From Candidatus Doudnabacteria bacterium (GTDB taxonomy: Bacteria; Patescibacteriota; Doudnabacteria; UBA920): a stretch of DNA of 64,000 nucleotides. The position numbers were made by a program, and so were the translations under genes. The DNA lies in the NCBI GenBank assembly GCA_016218585.1, contig JACRDK010000030.1, positions 24,277 through 88,276 of the forward strand, read 5' to 3'. This document shows positions 45,602-53,567 of this stretch, piece after piece (the first letter of the stretch is position 1; every line of letters starts with the position of its first letter). The notes below the pieces were generated by a model. That model saw nothing but the letters and a program-made list of their open reading frames with translations, ran no database searches and was not told the DNA's origin.

Positions 45602-45705
45602 AGGGGTATTTATTTTAGTCCTTATAAATAGGTTATTTAACCCCAGGGCAATTATTATCTCATGCTATAATAAAGAAGTAGATATTTAAGCAAAAAACTA
45701 AAATT

Positions 45706-46026
45706 ATGAAATTCAACCTAAAGGCCACCAATACCACCGCCACGCCGGCAATTAAAAATTTTATTGACGAAAAACTCCAGTCAATAGAAAAATTTATTAA
45801 ATCGGAAGACAAGATTAGGGTAGAAATTGAAGTTGATAAAAAAAGAAGCAAAGAGCCGCCATTTCGCGCGGAAATTGATATTCAGCCAAAAGGACACTAC
45901 GCGGAAGCCAGGGGTATGGACGTTTATGCGGCATTTGACCTTGTTTTGCCAAAAATCAAGGAACAGCTTACCAGAAACAAGGACAAGCAGGTAAGTATGC
46001 GCCGAAGACGCGCTAAGGTTATGTAG
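45706..46026 (+). CDS. hpf: Ribosome hibernation-promoting factor / RaiA family
   Basis: [31 protein letters not shown]...[43 protein letters not shown]. Confidence 0.85.
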   Translation: MKFNLKATNTTATPAIKNFIDEKLQSIEKFIKSEDKIRVEIEVDKKRSKEPPFRAEIDIQPKGHYAEARGMDVYAAFDLVLPKIKEQLTRNKDKQVSMRRRRAKVM

Positions 46027-46045
46027 TTGAACAAAAATTGATATT

Positions 46046-46084
46046 TCTGTCCGCCAGTTAACATTTGACTGGCGGGCTTTTCAG
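46046..46084 (+). terminator. Rho-independent terminator after hpf
   Basis: ctgtccgccagt taacatttg actggcgggcttttcag. Confidence 0.75.
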
Positions 46085-46162
46085 ATTCGTGGATTTTTGG
46101 TATAATTTAACCACTGTTTTGTGGGGAAATTCAAGAATTTTAGCATAAAAGAAAGGATATTA

Positions 46163-48901
46163 ATGTCATTTTTAACCAAACTTTTTACCGGAGAAACCAG
46201 TCCTTTAGAGAAGTATGCCAAAGAATTGCAGGAAGCAAACTCCTATAAAGAAGAAATTGCTGCGCTTACCCAGGATCAGATTAAGGCAGAAATTGAAAAA
46301 TTTAAGCAAGAACTTAAAAAGCTTGAGTCTGATAAAGAAGTTTTTGCTCATTTAACAAAAATTTCACCGCGGGTATTTGCAATAACCAGAGAAGCATCTA
46401 AAAGAAGCATTGGCCAATTCCATTACGACGTACAAATGGTTGGCGGCTTTGCTTTGGCCAGCAGCAAAATTGCTGAAATGAAAACCGGTGAAGGTAAAAC
46501 CCTTACCGCGACTTTGCCATTAGTGCTTTATGCCTTAGCAGGACGCGGCGCTCATTTGGTTACAGTTAACGATTATTTGGCCAGGTGGCAGGCTTCTTTA
46601 ATGGGGCCAATTTATAAGTACTTAGGCATGTCCGTAGCTTCCATTCAGCATGAAGCGTCTTTTATGTTTGACGACGGCTACCAGCCGGAAGCGGAAGAAA
46701 TAGAAAGGCTGGAAGGGGAGACGCAAGGATTGGTGCTGGACGTAAAACATATGCGCCCCATATCCAGGCGCGAAGCTTATGCCGCGGATATTACTTACGG
46801 CACGAACAACGAATTTGGTTTTGATTATTTGCGCGACAATATGGTGCAGAGCGTTCAGCAGCTGGTGCAGCGCGAATTATTTTTCTCTATTGTGGACGAA
46901 GTCGACAGTATTTTAATTGACGAGGCCAGAACCCCGTTAATTATTTCTATGCCGGACTCAGAGCCAACCAGCAAATATTATGAATTTGCTAAATTAGTTG
47001 ACCGCCTGCAGGAAGAAACAGATTACACGGTAGATGAAAAACATAAAGCCGCCTCTTTAACCGACGCCGGCATAAACAAAATTGAAGGTATTTTAAAAGT
47101 GCCTAATATTTATGACACCTCCAAGGGCGTAACCACTATTCACCACATTGAGCAGGCTTTGCGCGCCAGGACTTTGTTTAAAAAAGATCGCGACTACGTG
47201 GTTAGCGAAGGTGAAATTATTATTGTAGATGAATTTACCGGCAGATTAATGTTTGGCCGTCGTTATAGCGAAGGTTTGCACCAGGCAATAGAAGCTAAAG
47301 AAAATGTGCAAATTCAGCAGGAAAGCAAAACCTTAGCCACAATTACCTTCCAAAACTTATTCCGTTTGTATAAAAAACTTTCCGGTATGACCGGTACCGC
47401 TAAAACGGAAGAAGAGGAATTCTTTAAAATTTATCAGCTTACTGTAGAACAGATTCCAACCAATAAGCCAAATGTCAGGCAAGATTTGTCCGACGCGGTT
47501 TATAAAACGGAAACCGCCAAATTTAAAGCTATTGCCCAGGAAGTAAAGGCTCGCTACAAAAAAGGCCAGCCAGTGTTAATTGGTACAGTTAGTATTGCTA
47601 AAAATGAAATTTTGGCAGACTTCTTAAAACAGGAAGGCTTGCCCTTTGAAATTTTAAACGCCAAAAACCACGAACGTGAAGCGCATATTATTTCCCAAGC
47701 AGGACGCCCGGGGCAAATAACGCTTGCCACCAACATTGCCGGACGCGGGGTAGACATTTTGCTTGGCGGCAACCCGGTAGACCAGGAAGAGGCCGCAAAA
47801 GTCAGGGAAGCCGGCGGTTTGCATATTTTAGGAACAGAGCGCCATGAGTCGCGCCGTATAGACAACCAGTTGCGCGGACGCGCCGGACGCCAAGGCGACC
47901 CCGGAAGTTCTCAGTTCTTTGTGTCTATGGAAGACGACCTAATGAGGCTATTCGGCGGCGACCGGATGAAGAGCTTAATGAATACTTTGGGTTTGCCCGA
48001 TGACCAGCCGGTAGAAGCTAAAATGGTTTCCAGAAGCATTGAACAGGCGCAAAAGAAGATTGAAGGATTGAACTTTGATACCAGAAAACATGTTTTGGAA
48101 TTTGACGATGTTTTAAACCATCAACGCAATATAATTTATAAAAAGCGCCGCGGTTTTTTGGTTGGCACCGAAGAGAGCAAGAAGACAGATTTGAAACAGG
48201 AAATTCTAGGGATGGCCAAGGACGAACTGGTTGAAGTCGCTGAATTTAACTTAAACCAGTTAGACGAGCACGGAGGGAAAAAAGAAGACTGGGCGAATTT
48301 GTTTAAGACTGTTGGCACAATGGTGCCGGTTGATCAAAAATTGATAGATAAGGTTAAGGAAGCCGCTAAGGACGCGGCAGACAGAGAATTTGCGGTTGCC
48401 GATACCTTCTACAAAGCGGTAGAAGAAAACTGGGAAGCCAAAGAAAAAGAAATGGGCAAAGAAGTGTTTGAGGGAGCACAGAGATTTGTTGCCCTGCAAT
48501 CTTTAGACAATCTTTGGATGGAACATTTGGACACAATGGATCATTTGCGCGACAGCGTCCGCCTTCGCGGTTATGGGCAACGCGATCCGTTGGTGGAATA
48601 TAAAAAAGAAGGCTATGTAATGTTCCAGAATTTGGTAAAGGAAATGAATAAACAAATTGTTTATACCATTTTCCATATTACCGTTCAGGTAAACCAGCAG
48701 CCAAACCAGCAAAAACCGCTTAAGGATTTGGTAACCAGTTCAGCGAGTGGCTCAATGCAAACCGGCGGGCAAACAGATCCAAAATACGAAGGCGTAGGCC
48801 GCAACGACCCCTGCCCATGTGGAGCGATAAATCCTGAAACAGGCAAGCCATATAAGTTCAAGCGTTGTGGGATGATAAACGCTAGCTACCATAAAAAATA
48901 G
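46163..48901 (+). CDS. secA: Preprotein translocase ATPase SecA (start placed at MSFLTKLF; the ORF track gives an upstream ATG at 46121)
   Basis: MSFLTKLFTGE... N-terminus typical of SecA, DEAD-like motor (MKTGEGKTLTATLP, VDEVDSILIDEARTPLIIS), C-terminal Zn finger CPCGAINPETGKPYKFKRCG. Confidence 0.95.
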   Translation: MSFLTKLFTGETSPLEKYAKELQEANSYKEEIAALTQDQIKAEIEKFKQELKKLESDKEVFAHLTKISPRVFAITREASKRSIGQFHYDVQMVGGFALASSKIAEMKTGEGKTLTATLPLVLYALAGRGAHLVTVNDYLARWQASLMGPIYKYLGMSVASIQHEASFMFDDGYQPEAEEIERLEGETQGLVLDVKHMRPISRREAYAADITYGTNNEFGFDYLRDNMVQSVQQLVQRELFFSIVDEVDSILIDEARTPLIISMPDSEPTSKYYEFAKLVDRLQEETDYTVDEKHKAASLTDAGINKIEGILKVPNIYDTSKGVTTIHHIEQALRARTLFKKDRDYVVSEGEIIIVDEFTGRLMFGRRYSEGLHQAIEAKENVQIQQESKTLATITFQNLFRLYKKLSGMTGTAKTEEEEFFKIYQLTVEQIPTNKPNVRQDLSDAVYKTETAKFKAIAQEVKARYKKGQPVLIGTVSIAKNEILADFLKQEGLPFEILNAKNHEREAHIISQAGRPGQITLATNIAGRGVDILLGGNPVDQEEAAKVREAGGLHILGTERHESRRIDNQLRGRAGRQGDPGSSQFFVSMEDDLMRLFGGDRMKSLMNTLGLPDDQPVEAKMVSRSIEQAQKKIEGLNFDTRKHVLEFDDVLNHQRNIIYKKRRGFLVGTEESKKTDLKQEILGMAKDELVEVAEFNLNQLDEHGGKKEDWANLFKTVGTMVPVDQKLIDKVKEAAKDAADREFAVADTFYKAVEENWEAKEKEMGKEVFEGAQRFVALQSLDNLWMEHLDTMDHLRDSVRLRGYGQRDPLVEYKKEGYVMFQNLVKEMNKQIVYTIFHITVQVNQQPNQQKPLKDLVTSSASGSMQTGGQTDPKYEGVGRNDPCPCGAINPETGKPYKFKRCGMINASYHKK

Positions 48902-49035
48902 AGTGAAATCGGCCGGAGCTTTAGCGAAGGTGGACGGCAGCGGAAAAAAGTTTAAGAAATGCCACGGGAAGTAGGAGACAGGTAAAATGGTAAAATGAAA
49001 GAGAGGTCAGACGACTGTCCAACCTCCCCAGTTTT

Positions 49036-49215
49036 CTACCGATGTTCGGTTATGGCGACACACGTGTGTTCACCTATGAGTTTCGAGTAATACATCGCCG
49101 TTACCCGTAACTCCGCGTGTTTGCCGCAAAATTGCGACATCGCTTCGGCGAGAGTTTTACCGCTCCATCTAACTTCCCACACGCCATTACCGTAGTCCTT
49201 CTCGATATAATCCAT
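49036..49215 (-). CDS. Hypothetical 59-aa protein encoded on the minus strand inside a GC-rich cassette with a perfect sigma-70 consensus promoter
   Basis: Manual translation: MDYIEKDYGNGVWEVRWSGKTLAEAMSQFCGKHAELRVTAMYYSKLIGEHTCVAITEHR. Upstream on the minus strand: TTGACA-N17-TATAAT and SD aaaggag 7 nt before ATG. About 55% GC. Preferred over the overlapping + strand track ORF 49117-49359. Confidence 0.45.
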   Translation of the reverse strand: MDYIEKDYGNGVWEVRWSGKTLAEAMSQFCGKHAELRVTAMYYSKLIGEHTCVAITEHR

Positions 49216-49334
49216 TTCCCGCTCCTTTTAGATTTTCATATAATTATAGCATATAATTATAAATCTGTCAATATGAGGGAAAAGCCCCTTAAAAAATGGG
49301 TAAATCGTGTGTTTAAGGAAAAAATGGAAAAAAT

Positions 49335-49886
49335 ATGCAATTTAATGAAGATAAGCTAATTGAAATAGCAAAACCCTACTTTAATAGAGCCAGGGCAGGT
49401 GATTGGAATCATGCTGTTAGAGTGGTAAAATGGGTAAAAGAACTTGGAAAAGGCAGGGCAGACTTGGATACTTTGGTTACCGCCGCCTATCTTCATGATG
49501 TTGGTTGGTCGAGCGTTGCCCCCAAAGATAAGCTGAACTTAGATGAAATGTTGTTGCTGGAAAATCAGGCAAATAAAAATTCGAGTATAAAAGTAAAAGA
49601 AGTGCTAGGGCAATGTGCTTTTGCGAGCATAGATATTAATTCTGTAATTAGGCTAATTGGAGCGGCTGATAAACACTCATCTGAAAAGGAAGACGAAGCC
49701 ATTATTGTTGATGCTGATAGTTTAAGCAAATTATGCATAGAACATCTTCAAGAAAAGTATCAAAAAAACAGCTTCATAAAAGTGCTAAAACTGTGGGATG
49801 ATGAACTAAAAACCAGAGTAAAGACAGAAAAGGCCAAAGAGTTGTTTCCAAAATTGCTAATTGATTTGAAAGGTAAGTTAATTTAA
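49335..49886 (+). CDS. HD-domain metal-dependent phosphohydrolase
   Basis: NHAVRVVKWVKELGK...LVTAAYLHDVGW (H...HD motif); 183 aa. Confidence 0.8.
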   Translation: MQFNEDKLIEIAKPYFNRARAGDWNHAVRVVKWVKELGKGRADLDTLVTAAYLHDVGWSSVAPKDKLNLDEMLLLENQANKNSSIKVKEVLGQCAFASIDINSVIRLIGAADKHSSEKEDEAIIVDADSLSKLCIEHLQEKYQKNSFIKVLKLWDDELKTRVKTEKAKELFPKLLIDLKGKLI

Positions 49887-49933
49887 TATCGTATAAGCCT
49901 AATATGAAAGTTTTTTGACTTCGAGTCATAAAT

Positions 49934-50329
49934 ATGTCAAATGTAATGGAAAAAATAGGTAATGCAGACAATTTAATAAAAGAAGCTAAATCAATTATTG
50001 ATTTGAGGTATAAAAAAGGTGCGCATTCAGTGGGTGCAGCCTTAAGAACAAAATCGGGAAAGATTTACACAGGCATAAGCATAAAAGGTTTAAAGTTGGA
50101 TTTGTGCTCAGAATGGACTGCAATAGGCAGAGCATTTGTTGAAGGAGAAACGGAAATTGAATCTATCGTTGCGGTTCACAGAAAAGAAGATGGAACTTTT
50201 GAATTTTTCCCGCCTTGCGGATTATGCAGAGAGCTGTTAACTAAATATTGTCCCGATGCTTTGGTCATATTTTCAGAAAATGAATTTAAAAAAGCATCAG
50301 ACTTATTGCCGTCAGCCTGGAAAAGATAA
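49934..50329 (+). CDS. cdd: Cytidine deaminase (small tetrameric CDA-type zinc deaminase)
   Basis: CSEWTAIG (the C/H-A-E motif equivalent) and PPCGLCRELL (PCxxC zinc ligands); 131 aa. Confidence 0.75.
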   Translation: MSNVMEKIGNADNLIKEAKSIIDLRYKKGAHSVGAALRTKSGKIYTGISIKGLKLDLCSEWTAIGRAFVEGETEIESIVAVHRKEDGTFEFFPPCGLCRELLTKYCPDALVIFSENEFKKASDLLPSAWKR

Positions 50330-50331
50330 AT

Positions 50332-50979
50332 ATGAATAACATACCAGTTGAACAACTAGCAAAAAAGATATGGGAGTATCATCATCTTAATCACAAACTT
50401 TCAAAGGCAGATTGCATACTAGTTTTGGGGAGTCATGATATTAGGGTTGCTGTTCGGGCCGCAGAATTATTTTTAGAAGGGTATGCGCCATTAATGGTAT
50501 TTTCTGGAGGTTATGGACGACTAACTCAAGGTTTGTGGAATGAACCGGAAGCAATTGTTTTCTCAAAGATTGCTATTGAAATGGGGGTGCCAAAAGATCA
50601 AATAATTATTGAGGATAAATCTACAAACACGGGAGAGAATATAGTATTTACAAAAAAGTTGTTAGAAGAGAAAGGCATAAATCCCAAAACAATCATCTTG
50701 GTTCAAAAGCCGTATATGGAGCGAAGAGCTTACGCAACGTTTAAGAAATTTTGGCCGGAAAAAGATTGCATTGCAACTTCCCAGCAAGTTTCGTTTGATG
50801 ATTATCCGACAAAAGATATTAGTAAGGATGATTTAATTAGCATTTTGGTTGGCGATTTACAGCGAATCAAAACGTATCCGGAAAAAGGTTTTCAAATTCA
50901 TCAGGAAATTCCGGATGACGTATGGAGTGCATATGAACTATTAGTTAAAGCAGGTTACAATAAATACTTAACAAATTAA
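50332..50979 (+). CDS. DUF218 / YdcF-SanA family protein
   Basis: CILVLGSHDIRVAVRAAELFLEGYAPLMVFSGGYG... matches the YdcF-like Rossmann fold family. Confidence 0.7.
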   Translation: MNNIPVEQLAKKIWEYHHLNHKLSKADCILVLGSHDIRVAVRAAELFLEGYAPLMVFSGGYGRLTQGLWNEPEAIVFSKIAIEMGVPKDQIIIEDKSTNTGENIVFTKKLLEEKGINPKTIILVQKPYMERRAYATFKKFWPEKDCIATSQQVSFDDYPTKDISKDDLISILVGDLQRIKTYPEKGFQIHQEIPDDVWSAYELLVKAGYNKYLTN

Positions 50980-50999
50980 TTAATTTATAAAGGAAAAAT

Positions 51000-51299
51000 A
51001 TGGGAAACGATTATTTGAAGAGAGAACCAAGCAAAACAGAAAAAATGATTTACGAGCTTGTAATGGCGCAGAACTCTATGGAAAAGGGTTTGTGGTCTAC
51101 TTCCAGCTTAGTTATGGTTTTAGCAATTTTAACCAAGCAAGATCCAAAAGCTATTGCTGAATTAATGGTAAATGGCGACGAAAAATTAAGAGAATTTAGC
51201 GGGAAAATTAACGAAGAAATTAAAAAGTTAGAAGAAGAAAAGCATAAAGGCCACGATCACGCTAAAGAAGAAAAACCAGCCGAAGAAGCCAAGGCCTAA
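51000..51299 (+). CDS. Hypothetical small protein (Lys/Glu-rich C-terminus)
   Basis: 99-aa ORF, no motif recognised. Confidence 0.45.
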   Translation: MGNDYLKREPSKTEKMIYELVMAQNSMEKGLWSTSSLVMVLAILTKQDPKAIAELMVNGDEKLREFSGKINEEIKKLEEEKHKGHDHAKEEKPAEEAKA

Positions 51300-51313
51300 C
51301 CAAAAATTAAACC

Positions 51314-51401
51314 CACTATATTACTATATTGTAATATAGTGAAAATAAAAAAATTCACAACAAAATTAACAGGCACTCTATTACTCCAGTGTAATAGACT
51401 G
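51314..51401. promoter_or_regulatory. Pair of related palindromic operator-like sites (CAC-T[A/C]TATTAC-N6-GTAATA[T/G]A[G/C]-TG), centres 60 bp apart, immediately upstream of the NUDIX gene
   Basis: Site 1 at 51314-51341 cactatattac tatatt gtaatatagtg is perfect. Site 2 at 51374-51401 cactctattac tccagt gtaatagactg has one mismatch. Both are 11-6-11 inverted repeats. Confidence 0.55.
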
Positions 51402-51411
51402 ATAAGAAAAT

Positions 51412-51840
51412 ATGGAGCAAGGAAATCAGCAAAGACCAATAGTCGGTATAGGCGTGATGCTTTTTAAAGATGGAAAAATTTTATTGGGTAAAAGAAAGGG
51501 TCATGTTGGTTTTGGCACGTATGGCTGGCCAGGTGGCAAGCAAGAGTTTAAGGAATCTTTTGCAGCTTGTGCCAAGCGAGAGGTTATGGAAGAAGCCGGA
51601 ATCGAAATTAGCGATATAAAATTTTTAAGGCTGATGAACTACATTTCTGAAAACGGAACTCATTTTTGCGATATTCAATTAACTGCTCAATGGTTTTCCG
51701 GAGAGCCTAAAACATTAGAATCAGACAAATGCGAAGGCTGGCAATGGTATAATATAAATAATTTACCCGAGCCGATGTTTGAACCGACGATAACCGCCAT
51801 CGAAGCGTATAAAACAGGAAAAAACTTTTTTGACAACTAA
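51412..51840 (+). CDS. NUDIX hydrolase
   Basis: Nudix box GWPGGKQEFKESFAACAKREVMEEAGIEI (Gx5Ex7REUxEExGU). Confidence 0.85.
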   Translation: MEQGNQQRPIVGIGVMLFKDGKILLGKRKGHVGFGTYGWPGGKQEFKESFAACAKREVMEEAGIEISDIKFLRLMNYISENGTHFCDIQLTAQWFSGEPKTLESDKCEGWQWYNINNLPEPMFEPTITAIEAYKTGKNFFDN

Positions 51841-51842
51841 TT

Positions 51843-52421
51843 ATGAAATACATAATTTTTTCAGGGACAACAGGCTCGGGAAAAGATACTATAATTAACA
51901 GGTTGCATGAAGATTTAAAAAACCTTCAAATTGAGCCAGTTAAAAGAGCTTGGTATTATACAACAAGAAAGGTTGACCGAAAGGGTGAAAACCCTAATAG
52001 GAAAGACAAAATTAGCGATGAGGAATTCAATGAAAAAGTATCAAAGGGTGAAATTATTTTAGATCATAAAAATTCAAATTATCAAGTTGGTTATCCGTCA
52101 GAAATTCTAAACGAAAAGTCAGGAATTATTATATTTAATATAGCTGTGTGGGCGGCAAAGCAACTTCAGGATTATGCTTTACAAAATGATGGACGTGCCG
52201 TAACTATTTTTTTAGATGCTCCTAAGGAACAGCGGATTGGTAGAATTAAACATCGGGATGGGTTGAGCGCTGACGAGTCCGTGATTTTTAAGGTTGAAAA
52301 CGATATAACAAAATCTGAACATGCAACAGGATATAATTTAGTAGTTCAAAATAAAGATGGCGATTTGGAAAAAAATTACGAGATTATTTTAAGTAAGGTT
52401 AAAGAATTTTTAAATGCTTAA
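51843..52421 (+). CDS. Guanylate-kinase-like P-loop nucleoside monophosphate kinase (paralog 1)
   Basis: P-loop FSGTTGSGKDT; YTTRKVDRKGENPNRKDKISDEEFNEKVSKGEIILDH...NYQVGYP parallels the guanylate kinase TTR.pR.gE..G.dY.F.s.eeF...GeflE.a...gn.YGT region. Confidence 0.65.
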   Translation: MKYIIFSGTTGSGKDTIINRLHEDLKNLQIEPVKRAWYYTTRKVDRKGENPNRKDKISDEEFNEKVSKGEIILDHKNSNYQVGYPSEILNEKSGIIIFNIAVWAAKQLQDYALQNDGRAVTIFLDAPKEQRIGRIKHRDGLSADESVIFKVENDITKSEHATGYNLVVQNKDGDLEKNYEIILSKVKEFLNA

Positions 52422-52959
52422 ATTTATTACCGGAAATAAAACAAAGTTTAATGAGGTGCAAGCGGCTCTCGCGCCTATTAAGGTTGAACAAATTAATATA
52501 GATTTACACGAAATTCAAGAAGTTGATCCTAAAAAGATAATTGAACACAAGCTAAAAGAAGCCTTTAATCATTATAAGGGCGAATTTATTATAGATGACA
52601 GCTCTTTATTTTTAAGCTGTTTTAATTACAAGCTTCCCGGCCCGTTGATAAAATGGTTTAATGATTCTATTGGCACAAAAAAGATTTATGAAATGTGCAA
52701 AAAAATGGGTGACCAAAAAGCCAGAGCCACAACCTTTATTGGGTACGCAAAAAGTCCTAAAGAAATTGAATTTTTTGAAGGAACGATGAATGGCAAAATT
52801 ATAAAACCAAAAGGTAAATATAATTTTGGCTACGACCCGATTTTTGTGCCAAACGGCAAAAAAGAAACCCTCTCGCAAATGAAAGCGTCTGGAAATTTTT
52901 TTAGTAGCCCCCGCGGGTTAGCGGTATTAAAGTTGAAAAAATATTTAAGTGTTAAATAG
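52414..52959 (+). CDS. rdgB: Ham1/RdgB-family non-canonical purine NTP pyrophosphatase (ITPase)
   Basis: FGYDPIFVPNGKKETLSQMKASGNFFSSPRGLAVLKL matches the ITPase C-terminal signature (FGYDP.F.P.G...T.AEM....K...SHRG.A); N-terminal ITGNKTKF. Confidence 0.8.
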   Translation: MLKFITGNKTKFNEVQAALAPIKVEQINIDLHEIQEVDPKKIIEHKLKEAFNHYKGEFIIDDSSLFLSCFNYKLPGPLIKWFNDSIGTKKIYEMCKKMGDQKARATTFIGYAKSPKEIEFFEGTMNGKIIKPKGKYNFGYDPIFVPNGKKETLSQMKASGNFFSSPRGLAVLKLKKYLSVK

Positions 52960-52962
52960 AAT

Positions 52963-53562
52963 ATGAAGATTATTATTATTTGTGGTCCTACAGCCTCGGG
53001 CAAAGATTCTGTAATAGATGAAATGTATAGGGAACTAAATCAAGAGTATCCTGGAAAAGTATCACAGGCAACTTACTTTAAAACAAGGGCTGCCAGACCA
53101 CAGGAGAAAATAGACAAATATTTTATTTCTGAAGAAGAGTTTGAGAAAAAAAGAGGTTCAGGGGAAATTCCAGATGAATTTTGGGGAGAGGTAAGTAATT
53201 ATCGCGTGGGGTATTCAATTAATGAGTTTACAAAATCAGAAATTGTTTTAGTAAATATTGATGACAAAAAAGCTAGAAATTTAAAAGAAGTTGCCCAACA
53301 AAGCAACAACGAAGTTCTTTCTATATTTTTACATGCCCCGGAGGAAGTAAGAAAACAAAGATTTATGTCCCGTGAAGGATGGCTAATTTACGAACCTGCT
53401 GAATATAGGTTAAGTCATGATGTCACAGACCCTAATCCTGAAAATCACAAAGATTTTGATCTGATTGTGGAAAATAAAGAAGGTGCGTTGGCGGAAACAA
53501 TGAAGGAAATTATGCCCGCGGTAAAAGAGTTTGTTGAATCAAATAAAACAATTAAAAATTGA
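52963..53562 (+). CDS. Guanylate-kinase-like P-loop nucleoside monophosphate kinase (paralog 2)
   Basis: P-loop CGPTASGKDS; FKTRAARPQEKIDKYFISEEEFEKKRGSGEIPDEFWGEVSNYRVGYS; divergent paralog of 51843-52421. Confidence 0.65.
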   Translation: MKIIIICGPTASGKDSVIDEMYRELNQEYPGKVSQATYFKTRAARPQEKIDKYFISEEEFEKKRGSGEIPDEFWGEVSNYRVGYSINEFTKSEIVLVNIDDKKARNLKEVAQQSNNEVLSIFLHAPEEVRKQRFMSREGWLIYEPAEYRLSHDVTDPNPENHKDFDLIVENKEGALAETMKEIMPAVKEFVESNKTIKN

Positions 53563-53567
53563 GATAA

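Noticed and set aside
49117-49359. + strand 80-aa ORF overlapping the start of the HD-domain gene
   Set aside because: It spans a composition boundary and overlaps the next gene. The opposite-strand 59-aa ORF has a perfect promoter and SD and is the more parsimonious coding call.
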